Shown here piece by piece: positions 10,378 through 21,427 of a stretch of DNA of 64,000 nt (position 1 is the stretch's first letter; each line of letters starts with the position of its first letter). The position numbers were made by a program, and so were the translations under genes. Below the pieces are notes generated by a model that saw nothing but the letters and a program-made list of their open reading frames with translations, was not told where the DNA came from and made no database searches. The DNA is from Craspedostauros australis (Eukaryota): positions 62,001 through 126,000 of the forward strand of contig JALAGF010004599.1 of the NCBI GenBank assembly GCA_030167865.1, written 5' to 3'.

Positions 10378-12634
10378 CTAGATCAATGGTGTGTTGCCTG
10401 GGGCACTGCGGGATCGGGCAAGACCGATACCAGAGTTCTGTCGGCTGACGTTGATGAGGTCGTGTCCTATCTTCGGCCTCCATGGTGTGTCGAGGGCGTT
10501 GAGCTCGCGCTGGGTGAGGCAGAGAATGATGGAGAGGACGAGGACCAGCAGGATACTTCCGACCAAAGCCGCAAGCTCTACGAGCGGGATGCCGAACTTC
10601 TTGTACTCGTCGAGGTCGCGCCAGTTGGAGAGGTCGAAGCTTGGGCTGGAGATTGTGATGTCGCCACCTTCCTCGTACTTGCCGGAACGGATCTCTGCGA
10701 TGAAGTTGCACGAGTTCTCCTCCTGGGTGATCTGCGAGGACGTCTTGTACATGTTCTGCCACGCGTTGAGGTTGACGTTGCAGGTTCCGGCTTCCTCATA
10801 CAGTCTCTGGCACATCTCCACGGCGCCGTCTTCCTCGTCGGCCTGCTCCTCTTCGTCATTGTCCTCGTTGTAGTCCTGATTGTATCCCTCGAGCTTGTCC
10901 TGTGGATGTCAAGCGTGCCAAGGTGTCAGTGGAAAGATAACATACGGACAGACATGTTAGTGACGAAGTCGCATACAATGGGGGCGATTTTGACATGAGT
11001 ACACGTCCAATGGGAAGGCAACTACAATGAGTAACCTTCGAACAGGCGCCGCAAGCATGATATAAGGTACACACGCATGGCACACATGGATGCACGCATG
11101 CGTCGTTGCACAGTACCACTTCTCAACGCTTTGCGTTGATGCACTCGTTATCACGTACCTGTCCGTTGCAGTAGATGCATTCTTTGGGGAAGAGGAACAT
11201 GCTGTCGAAGTCATCGTCACGGCCGAGGATCTGTCCGATGGAGTACTCCTCGCCCATGTAGGTGCCGCAGTTCTCATCGGCAAAGACACCGAGAGTGATG
11301 GTGAAGTGATCCGATCCGCAGTGTGGAGCGAAGTAGAAGATGCGTCCGTACTGGTTCTCATACTTCATGCATTCGTCGTAGTTGATCTCGAAGTCGTTGC
11401 CGTTGTTGTTGTTGTTGGCGTCGTCGCCCTCGTCTTCTTCCTCGTAGTAGCAGTAGTTGCTGTACTCGTCGCAGATGGCGGCCTTGTCTTCGTCGCAGCC
11501 GTAGTCCTCAAAGTAGGCCTGGACGCACTCGTCGTCGGAGTCAGCGGGGTACCATTGGCCGTCGGCTCCGATAACACCTGGTCCCATGTAGGCGTACTCC
11601 TCCTGAAGTTCCTCGAAGGCATCCTGGTCTCCCTCGACCCATCCGCCATTCTCGTCGTAGTAACCGTACGCGGCCTGCGCCATCTGGATGGCATTCTGGT
11701 CGTAGTTGTTGTTGTAGCTGTTGTAGTTGTAATCGTTCCCGGCGGCGGCGTCATCGTTTCCGTTGTTGTTCTGGTCCAAGTGTCGGTTGCGTCGCACGCG
11801 GTTGCCGTTGTAGTTGCCGTTTCCGTTGTAATAGTTGTTGGCGGCCATGTTGCCTGCGTAGTTGTAGTAGTTGTAGTCGCCGTTCGCCTGCATGTCCTCG
11901 ATCTGCTGCTGGTACTTCTCCTCGAAGCACTCCTCGAGGGCGGCCAAGCCGTTGGCCTGGTTGCTCTCGGAGCACGTCTCGCAGTACTCGCAGTACTCAT
12001 TGTAGCGCTCCTCGTAGTACTCGCTGATGGCCTCGAGGTAGTCTCCCATCTGCACGAGGTACTGCCCGTAGTTCTGGCCGCAGCCGATGACCGTGTAGGA
12101 GCTGCAGCTGTCCACGGGGCAGAGGCTGAAGACGGCGTAGCTGTTGGTGACGATGGCACTGCCTCCGTTGTCGTTGCCTTCGCGTGCCGCCTCCTCATCG
12201 TACTCCTGGATGGAGGAGCAGCCGGTGTACTTGAATGCGTAGTTGGCCAGGTTGATGAGGCCATTCTCGTTGTCGTAGTACTCGTTGTACCAGTTTCCGT
12301 TGTTGTAGTCGTCATCCCCGCCGTTGACGTTGTCCGCGTTGTCGTAGTTGTACTGGCCGTACTCCTGGTAGTCCTCGCCGTTTCCCTGGTCCAAACGGCG
12401 GGCCTTGCTTAGGATGCGCTTGTTCAATCGCACCTGTCTGCTGCTGGCGCTCTTGCTTTTGCCGTTGCTCGCGGCCGCCTTCTTCGAGTCTGGGGCACCG
12501 CCGTTCATGGCTGCCATGAACTGCTGCTGGAGGCGACGCTGCTCGAACGCGCTGTGCACACCAGGACGTGTGCTGCTGGCCTCAGCCGCAAGGGCTCCGC
12601 CGAGCACGGCAAGCAAGCCAACCACGAACTTCAT
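10378..12634 (-). CDS. Silicanin-like type I membrane protein (paralog A), ~665 aa
   Basis: Exons 11159-12634 and 10378-10899; intron 10900-11158 (gtacgt...ccacag). Signal peptide MKFVVGLLAVLGGALA and RRL pro-sites. N/Y/D/Q-rich luminal region with Cys blocks (YAFKYTGC, FSLCPVDSC..GC..YGQYLV, YCEYCETC, APHC, FADENC, ECIYC, CQRLYEEAGTC, CNFI). Single C-terminal TM and short tail. Architecture matches diatom silicanins. Confidence 0.8.
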
Positions 12635-13707
12635 CTTCAGAGCAATGCAAGTCAAGTCAATTCAAGTCAAGTGAAGCAATGGGTGGTGTTTGTGTTGGTG
12701 GGTGTCGATGATTGGATTTCTGAATGCAATCTCCAACTTTCTCACAATGGAGTGAATTCGTTTGCAATTGTTGTTGTGATGGTACGGTTGGATGGTGCAG
12801 TTTGGTGGATGAGGGAGGAGACAGTCAGCTTGGTGCTCTGCCGCTACTCCACTGGTATCTGCCCGTATCTGCTCGACACAACTTCCAACAGGAGGAACAC
12901 CAACAACAAGTGATGACGAAAACGACGATGGCGGCGACGATTTACCACTCTCGCGGTGTCGCACATGTAATCACCCACAGTATCTTTTAGGTTCGGTTGA
13001 GCCATCAACGGTCAAAAATGTTTATTTTCATATTCATGTCCGAATGATAATATAAACTCTCCCAATAACGAATTACGGTTAAACTGGACGTTATTTCTCG
13101 CTCAATGGACGATGATGCTCTGGCATGGCATGTCTGGGAACTTCCATCCAAAATTGCGCCTGTTTCTTTGCCAACTGACAACACTGATGCCCTCGGCCAC
13201 GCAGGAACATTGAGTGTTCCACGAATCTCAATGACATCCCCGCTTCCGCACCCGGTTGGTACTGGTAAAAAACTGAGATTAACTGGCGAGCGCCCGTTAT
13301 ACTCGTGTTCTATTGAGACAGCAAGATGGATGGATGAGAGTCAGATGCGCAATGGTGTGCGACTCGACTTGGCAATCATACAGCTTCCTGCTACTTCATG
13401 TGATGGTCGTCCTATTTGTACTTTTACTTGGTTTGTCTCGCTCTCTAGTTTTACATGCTGATGATGTGGTGTCCAATGTGGAATGACAGATCCAATCTTC
13501 TTCGTGCTGTATGTAGCTCTGCTGTCGCTGTGCTGTTGCGCTGATGTGTCGTGTTGTGCATGATTTCATGATTGGGTGACAACCGAAGGTACATCCATCT
13601 TGCACAGTCGCGTCAATCATGAAAGCTGAGGAAGATGCTCTCGCTCCGTTGCGTCTGTCTTTCTCTGTACTCGTGGAGTGCCTGTGCCTCCGTGTCTCTC
13701 GCTCTCT

Positions 13708-15728
13708 CTAGGTCATCATTCCGCGAGATTCGGTGCTGAGGGAGCGGTTCTGCAGAATGCCTGATTGCATTCTTGACATGCGTGTGGAGGCCAGGTGGCC
13801 CATGCCCTTGCCTGCGTTGGAGGCACCGGCCATGCGAGGGTTCCAAATGATCTTGCGCTGTGATATTGAGCGGTGCAGGTAGCAGGAGTACAGGACAAGG
13901 AAGGCAACCAGGAGGATGGAGCCAGCCAGGGCCAACTTCTGGACTTGGGTCATTTCGGACACGGTGGATGGAGTTGGGAAGTAGGACAGCCAGCTCTCTG
14001 GATCGATCACGATCTCGCCCTTCTCGTTGTAGCTCTTCGTCATCAGACTTTCGATGAAGTCACAGATGGCATCTTCCTGATCCTCTTGCGCGTACGACTG
14101 TGCATGTCCCATGCCACACACACGCACACACACATCAAGCAAGCATTTTGGTACACAAGTGGAATGATGGCATTGCGACGCATTGTTGAAGGCGTACATA
14201 TATCGCGTCCACGGCACCGTAAGCACGCCACGTAGATCACAGAAAAGTGAGGGAAAGCAGAGGGAGGAGAGGAGCGGTCAGATTGGCATAGAGTACAGCA
14301 TCATGTTTTGAGAAAAGGGATGCATGCAGGAAAAAGGTGGAACGCAACGCGAAAGCTGCTGCAACCGTTTGCACTTACCTGGTAGGATCCTTCGGCTTCG
14401 TTGCCCATGTAACGGTTGCACTTGGCACTCTCGTCGTACAACTCTCCACAGATCCCAGAAATGACGCTGTCATCATCTTGCTGCTCCAGGCTGAACCCGT
14501 CCTCGGCCAGGCACGAGATGCAACTATCGGTGTAGTACGCCTTCATGTAGCCATCGTCCAGGTCCAATCCGGTGTACTGGCTGATGGTGTTGATGCTGTC
14601 CAGGTATTCGTCGCAATTCTCATCGCTGTAAATGGCAATACCGATGGTGTGGCCATCAGCACGGCAATGCGGGCCCATGTAACCGACCTGGTTGCCCATG
14701 TTGAATTCCGCGCACTGGAAGAAGTCGACGAAGTCCTGGGCATTAGGCGAGTAGTCCTTGCACGCTGTCTTCCACATGCTGCAGGCATCGCCGTAGTTGC
14801 AATCCTCGTCGTCCGCAACCTGATCCGCCTGGTCGTCTTGCTGTTGGTAGTACTCGTCGTAATTGTAGTTGACGGCATCGTCGCCGTTTGCGGCGTTGGC
14901 ATCGTCGTCATTGTTGGCATCGTCGTCATTGTTGTAGTATTGCAGGCGACGCAGGCGGTTGTTCCCATTGCCATTGGCATCGTCGTTGCCATTGCCGTCG
15001 TCGTTTTGGGCGTTGTCGTCTCCGTTGGCTGCGTTGGCTGCGTTGGCATCGTCGTTGTTGGCGTTGGCATCATCACCATTGCCGTCGTCAGTTTGGTAGT
15101 AATTCTGCTGCTTGCTGCAGTAGTAGCAAGTCTCGCAGTAGGTTGCGTATTCAGCGAAGTAGTACGTTGACATCGCCTCGAGATACTCTTCCATGGAGAT
15201 CATGTAGTCGCCGAATCCAGCATTGCATCCGTACTCGTAGTAACTTGAGCACGTTTCCCGTGGGCACAGACGGAACGTCACAAAACGGTCCATTCCCAGG
15301 ACCGTGTCCGTGTCACCATCCTGTGCCAAATCATCGCTGAAGGTGTGGATGTTCTGGCAACCAAGGTACTTCAAGGCGAAGTCGCTGATCTGGATGCCAT
15401 ACTGCTCCATCTGGTCATCGTCAGCAGCATAGTTGTTCCCGTTGTTGTTTGCTGCGTCATCGTTGTTGTTGTAGTTGTAGTACTGATCCAGCCTTCGCGT
15501 CCCCTCGATGGGCTTGGCGATGGAGAGGAGGCTGTCGAAGAACTTCTGCTTGCGCCTCGAAGCATCTGTGGCTTCCTCCATCTTGCGAATGAATTCATGC
15601 TTTGCGCTGCCTTTCGATCCTGACGAAAAGAATGTTGTCCGCCGCGAAGTTGGAGCTGCGTCGACCTTCTCTGCGGTCACGGAGACGGCCACAGCCAATA
15701 GACTTCCCAATGCCACTGACAACCTCAT
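13708..15728 (-). CDS. Silicanin-like type I membrane protein (paralog B), ~579 aa
   Basis: Exons 14379-15728 and 13708-14097; intron 14098-14378 (gtaagt...gcacag). Signal peptide MRLSVALGSLLAVAVSVTA, TRRLDQ, FALKYLGC, FRLCPRETC..GC..FGDYMI, YCETCYYC, GPHC, YSDENC, SCISC, CGELYDESAKC, CDFI, and TM LALAGSILLVAFLVLYSCYL. Collinear with paralog A. Confidence 0.82.
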
Positions 15729-16634
15729 CTTGGGATCCAATTCAATGTTCTTTTGTGTTTGGTGGGCAGTGCCGTTGTGATTGCGCAACTGATGCTGTCT
15801 TTGTCTTCCGTTCTCGATTTGATGAGCTCCTTTTGTTTCAAGCGTCCAGCCGTTCTGCCGTTTGTGAATGTGGATGCTTCTCCTTTTCCTTCGTTCGCAG
15901 ACCACAAGCCTTTCTTTTGAACACCTTGACTCTACTCCCATGCCCTCTGCCGTTCTTGATCGCTCACCTTCGCCCCGCAACCAACCAACAACTTGCGACA
16001 ACTTGTTCTCCTGTTTTGACTTTCCATCTGACGCCACGGTTCACAAAACAACGGATGCTTGGAAATGGTTCGTGGGAACCGCGTGTTGTGTGGTTGGTGT
16101 TGTTCTTTGCGGTTATGTGACGCTCAAGTGCATGGGCACGCGTTTAGTATAATTGTATTCATGCCTGAATATAATTTTAATACACTTTCAAATCTGACCA
16201 CCAATTCATCGCCAACTGCCATCTCAATACGATTCAATCGATCAAACCCAAACACCTTTTGCCCAATCGTGTCCATGAATCATCGAACCATCCGATCACA
16301 AGTCTGTCATGCACGTTTGGGGGTGGTACACAACCAACCAAAACAAGAAACGAACACGATCGAAAACGCTCCACAACAACACTGATGTTCGAAGAAGACA
16401 TCATCCTTGCCACATTCTGGTCCTGTTGCTCCTGTTCCTGAGGTGCCAAGGCAGAGAGTGTGAACTCACAGAAACGTATCGTATTCATAACAAAGTGCAG
16501 ACCTTCAGCTACACAGCTCGTACAATTGAACATTGCATCCACGGATATCATCCGAGGTCCCAAAACCACACAGATTCGAGTACAGCAGAGAGAAGGAGCA
16601 GCATTGACAGCACGGCTCGCAGCTCACAGACAGG

Positions 16635-17720
16635 ATGCCAAAGATCTTCCAACCCATCGGCCAGGTGCGGCTGACGAATGTCGCGGTGGTCCGCATGAAT
16701 GTGAAGGGCAAGAGGTTCGAGATTGCATGCTACCGCAACAAGGTGGTTGACTACCGTCAGGGTTTGGAGAAGGACCTGTCGGAGGTCCTCCAGACGGACC
16801 GCATCTTCGCCAACGTCAGCAAGGGGCAGTTCGCCAATGCGAAGGACCTGCAGAAGTGCTTCGGAACGAGGGACGAGATGGAGATCGCGAAGAACATCCT
16901 CGAGCAGGGCCAGTTTCAGGTCTCGGACCGCGAGCGCAGCCAGCAGCTGGAGAAGACGACGGCGCAGATCGCCGAGTGGGTCTCCAAGAACTGCGTGCAC
17001 CCAACCTCCGAACGACCCTACACCATCCCGCAGCTCAAGCACGCCATGCAGCAGGCCAACTTCTCTGTACACCCCACCAAACCCCTCAAACGCCAGTGCC
17101 TCGACAGTGTCAAGATTCTGCAGCGGGCCATCCCCATCCGACGCGCCAGGATGGAGCTGCAGCTCTTCGTGCCGTCCGATCAGAAGATGGCCCTGCAGAA
17201 GATCCTGGACGACACGGACACGACCGCCACGATCGAGGCCTCCGACGCGCAATCGCAGTGCAAGATCCTGGTCGATCCCAGCATGTACCGCACGATGAAT
17301 GAGAAGCTGCAACCGATCGGCGGAAGGATCGAGGTCTTGCAACAGGTGGTCACGAAGCAGGGCGACAATGATCTGGAGATGGAGTTGGAGGTCCGGGGTA
17401 CGGCACAAGGTGGTAACGCAGATGACTTGAAGGTGGCCGGGCTCTCCATCAGTTCAGATGATGCGCAGACGAATAAAAGCAAAAGCAAAAACAAAGGCAA
17501 GGCCAACAAGCAGCCAGCATCTTCGTCCGGTGGGACCAATGAAGGTCGCAAAAGCTGCAACACATGTGGTGGTTTCTTCGGTTCAGCGGCCCAGTACAGG
17601 TCGCACTTCAAAAGTGACTGGCACAAGTTCAATCAGAAGCTCAAAATGAAGAACTGTCCGACTGTCAGCGAGGAGGAATTCATGATCTGCGATTCCGATG
17701 CCTTGCTCGGTGGTCTGTGA
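16635..17720 (+). CDS. SBDS: Ribosome maturation protein SBDS/Sdo1 with C-terminal C2H2 zinc finger
   Basis: Hallmark FQP..QVRLTNVAVVRM...GKRFEIACYRNKV, EVLQTDRIFANVSKG and HPTSERPY motifs. C-terminal CNTC...YRSHFKSDWHKFNQKLK zinc finger. Confidence 0.96.
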   Translation: MPKIFQPIGQVRLTNVAVVRMNVKGKRFEIACYRNKVVDYRQGLEKDLSEVLQTDRIFANVSKGQFANAKDLQKCFGTRDEMEIAKNILEQGQFQVSDRERSQQLEKTTAQIAEWVSKNCVHPTSERPYTIPQLKHAMQQANFSVHPTKPLKRQCLDSVKILQRAIPIRRARMELQLFVPSDQKMALQKILDDTDTTATIEASDAQSQCKILVDPSMYRTMNEKLQPIGGRIEVLQQVVTKQGDNDLEMELEVRGTAQGGNADDLKVAGLSISSDDAQTNKSKSKNKGKANKQPASSSGGTNEGRKSCNTCGGFFGSAAQYRSHFKSDWHKFNQKLKMKNCPTVSEEEFMICDSDALLGGL

Positions 17721-18419
17721 AGAAGTACTGGTAGAGTAGACTACTTACTATGATATTATATACTCCTTGGTGGAGTATGGGCTATGGTTCGTGGAATCTA
17801 CCCTCCCTCTCTGTTCTACCACGCCTGCAAGTATAAGGACTATACGATGAGAGTACGCCTCATACCTACCTCTCCAGTCCAAACCCTGATGTAAATCGTC
17901 TCCGACTAAAGGCATTCATCAAAAGTATCGCAGTATCTGTGAAACCATGTCCACAAACTTCAAAGACTTGTGTGAGCCATCAACCCACACAACCTCCTCC
18001 GTCGTCGTTGTCATCATCGCACCATCGCCATCGTTCTCTTGATTGCGCCATGATTGGTGTAGTTGCGGCGCATCTGTTCTGTAAATATTTGCTTGCCAAA
18101 CTATTCTGTCTGTCCACCGTACGAGTACGTACACGATTGCACCACCCAACACTGCCTCCTTTGTTGAACCTCAGCCGATGACGATGGGAATTCGCCGCTG
18201 GTTCTCAAACCACAACCATCTCCCTCTTCCATTTCATTCCTGACAACGCCACAGGAACAGATCTGACACCACACTTGGACGAGCTGCTTGGACTCATAAT
18301 AGAATACTTGACAACTATTGAACGATTCTGGAACACGATTCTGCTTGTACCGCGCAATTATTCTACACAAGTACTCGACCATACCCCAACAGCAAGTCCA
18401 ATAGCTACCACCGGACAGC

Positions 18420-19349
18420 ATGACAGAAAGCAAGCAGACCTCGGGACACTCATTGTCCAACATGACGCGAGAGCACTCCGAGTTCTCCACCTTGCTGCCG
18501 CAGAACCTCGGACAGATCATCGACGGCTGGATTCATGATGACATGCCATCCTTCGATGTTGGCGGCATGGTGGTGGGAGACTCCCAGAAGCAGGCCAAGC
18601 TCCTCATGAAGTCCTCCGGTGTGCTGGCGGGAGTTCCCTTCGTGGACACCGTCTTCACGAGATTGGGTTGCAAGGTGGAATGGCAGGACGACGTCGCCAA
18701 GGAGGGCAAGGCGCAGCAGCTCGCGGAGGGTCAGAAGCTCCATCTGGCCACCGTCACGGGACCTGCCCACTTGATTCTGCGCGGAGAACGCACCGCGCTC
18801 AACACGCTGAGCCGCTGTTCGGGTGTGGCGACGCTGTCGCGCAAGGCGAAGTCCAAGGCAGACGAAGTGGAATGGAAGGGGTGGGTGGCCGGAACCCGCA
18901 AGACGACGCCGGGTTTCCGGGTTGTAGAGAAGTACGGTCTTCTGGTGGGCGGTGTGGCGACGCACAGGCTGGATCTGTCGCAGATGGTCATGCTCAAGGA
19001 CAACCACGTCTGGGCCTGCGGTTCCATCACCAAGGCGGTGCAGCTGGCCAGGAAGGCGTCGGGGTTCTCTCAGAAGATCGAGGTGGAATGCCAATCCCTG
19101 GAGGAAGCCTGCGAGGCCGCTGAGGCTGGTGCGGACATCGTCATGCTGGACAACTTTGAGCCCGAGAAGCTGAAGGCGGATGCTAAGGTCTTCAAGGAGC
19201 GCTTCCCTCACGTGCTTGTTGAGGCAAGCGGCGGGATTACCGTCGACACTATGGCAGGGTACCTCAGCGAGCATGTGGACGTCGTGTCGCAGGGCAGCCT
19301 GACACAGGGATATCCCGCATTGGATTTCAGTCTTAAAATAGTCCATTAG
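18420..19349 (+). CDS. QPRT: Quinolinate phosphoribosyltransferase (nicotinate-nucleotide pyrophosphorylase)
   Basis: GERTALNTL..SGVAT, GTRKTTPGFR..EKY, HRLDLS.MVMLKDNH, KIEVEC, DIVMLDNF and EASGGIT motifs. Confidence 0.97.
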   Translation: MTESKQTSGHSLSNMTREHSEFSTLLPQNLGQIIDGWIHDDMPSFDVGGMVVGDSQKQAKLLMKSSGVLAGVPFVDTVFTRLGCKVEWQDDVAKEGKAQQLAEGQKLHLATVTGPAHLILRGERTALNTLSRCSGVATLSRKAKSKADEVEWKGWVAGTRKTTPGFRVVEKYGLLVGGVATHRLDLSQMVMLKDNHVWACGSITKAVQLARKASGFSQKIEVECQSLEEACEAAEAGADIVMLDNFEPEKLKADAKVFKERFPHVLVEASGGITVDTMAGYLSEHVDVVSQGSLTQGYPALDFSLKIVH

Positions 19350-19494
19350 AGCATGATACGGCATGGCACAGACTACGGACGCGCATCACAAGCCACAGCA
19401 CCGCTACGGATACAATCCATACTCTGGAGGGTGCAATTATCGCAAATGTTGCAAATGTTGCAAATGTTCTACTCGGTGGTACTGGTACAACACG

Positions 19495-20786
19495 CTACAG
19501 TCTGAATGGATCCCACGGTCCTTTCACTGGTCTCTTGTAGCGCTGGAGCACAAACTTCCAAGCAGGGACAACGGCACAGATGGTCACCGTGATGGATAGA
19601 AATGCAACCGATTCCTTCCCTGACAGCAACGCGCATGTGGCGATGACGATTAGCAGAGTCACGATGGCCGGAGCTACGCACCAACATCGAAATGACATGT
19701 GCGGTGCGCACATAAATGCAAATGAGAGTGGAAATGAAAGGACAGCGGTGTTGCGGGGGCGGATGCATTTGTGCGGGTTGATGGTGAGTTGTAAAGGACA
19801 GGTGGACAGGTTGCTTACTTGTCTCTCTGAAAGAGGTGAGTGCATCGCAGCACGTCGCTCTCAAGCGGCTCACCTGCTCGTGTGAATCGTGGTATGCGCT
19901 TGGATGCATATCAATACGTACCGTAAGGCTGTGATTTGCTGGTCTGCTGCGCGAAATGGAACCGAGCCTCAGGGTAGTAAGCGAAGAGAATGATCGTGAG
20001 ATAAATGAAGGTGAACGCCGAGCTGGTGCGTTGCATCCGACTGGCCAACAGGGTCGACGAAAGGAAGACGGCATTCAATGAAAATGCCCTTGTTTCAAGA
20101 ATGGCGTTGCTGGAGTCCACCGACACCTCCTCAATCCGGTCGCGGCCAATGCCGAACGCGCGGTCGAAGGTCAGCATGTGCAGAACGAGGCTGGATATGG
20201 AGAGTGCCAGAACTGTGTCGGAGGAGTACGATGCCGTCAACGTCCTTAGCAGCGACGCGAATATTCTTAGCAACAATCCAACCAGAATGATATCTGATAG
20301 CCGCTGCTTGGCCTTGTTCCTCTTTGCCGAGATGGATTCTGTGGCTGCGATCGATGTGGCCACGTAAATGAATGCCAGCAGGAGGCTCGTGGTCGAAAGA
20401 AGCAGAGAGGTTGGCGATGTGGCACCTCCATGCCGCGTTTTCCCGGTGCTCTCGCCTTCGATCGAAACACGGTGCCATGCGAGCAGGTAGCACGTCAGGG
20501 AGAACTCCTGCCCGACCACCAGCGAGTCCTTGGCCAGAACAAGGAACGGACGGACCGCCACCCTTCCTGGCAGCGGTAGTTTAGATACCTTGTCGATGTG
20601 ACGTTGCCGAGCAGTCGATGCAGCTGCACGAGTGTTGGAAGCTCCACTTGTTTTTGCTGCTTCAGTTCCTACTGCTTTTTGTGTTGCTATTGTTGTTGTT
20701 GGTGGTGGTGGTGGTGGTGGTGGTGGTGGTGGTAATGATGATGTCATCGTGTTGAGAGCCTGAGCGCTGGTCACGGTCACGGTCAT
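19495..20786 (-). CDS. PIGC: GPI-GlcNAc transferase subunit C (PIG-C/GPI2)-like polytopic membrane protein
   Basis: Exons ~19922-20786 and 19495-19673; intron 19674-19921 (gtacgt...gcgtag). Motifs LRTLTASYSSDTVLAL, SLNAVFLSSTLLASRM and C-terminal LQRYKRPVKGPWD. Start codon uncertain. A (GGT)n tract near 20700-20733 encodes poly-Pro. Confidence 0.8.
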
Positions 20787-21427
20787 GGCATTTGAATTGA
20801 TGTCGATGCTGGTGTCGATGCTGGCGTTGACGATGGTGACAAGTGGTTTGGTGCCAAAGAAGCAACAGCACTGCTTTGTGGCATGAAAGCGAGAGATGGG
20901 TTTGTGTGTTGTCCAGGAGCTCCCAGCGTGCGTCGCAGAATGAAGTGTCAAAGATACCTCCCATCTCCAGCCAACAGGCAACAACGGACGAAATCGGCGA
21001 TGGTTGTAGCGTGCTCAAGGAGAGTAGAGGCCGAGATTTGAGAGCAACATTGTCTACAAGCTACAAACTACGAGTGGAGAGAGAGAGAGAGAGAGAGAGC
21101 AATGACACGGTATTGGCATGGCCGTGTTTTGTAATACAAATCCCAATACTATCATTTCGTGTACTTCATGTACCAATACGTATGTCCTGATGACTGCTTC
21201 ATGTTTGCTTTCTCCTTTCACTGTTCTTTCTTGTTTGCTCCTGCTACACCTGTTGCTTGTTGTTATCCTGGAAAACAGCCCAACGATGCATCGGGTGCAG
21301 GCTGTTACCATATCAATACAGTCCCCATCGCTTCCACCAGCCAGCGGCAGAAGTATGTCCTCCTGCCCACGCGCAAGCATAGTATTATCGTTTGCTGCGT
21401 CCGACAGTGTGGGCGTAGCTGACACCC

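Noticed and set aside
11090-12412. 440-aa plus-strand ORF and many other long antisense or alternative-frame ORFs (e.g. 14337-15170, 18450-19364, 43577-44665, 2700-3650)
   Set aside because: Shadows of real genes: GC3-rich codon usage and NAC/GAC repeats remove stops on the opposite strand. The translations are V/A/R-rich with no recognisable motifs.
17535-17720. Zinc finger fused to SBDS, and SAM domain on kinesin-13 (2530-2720), as novel fusions
   Set aside because: Both architectures are already known: SBDS with a C-terminal zinc finger in plants and protists, and SAM-containing kinesin-13B/KIF24.
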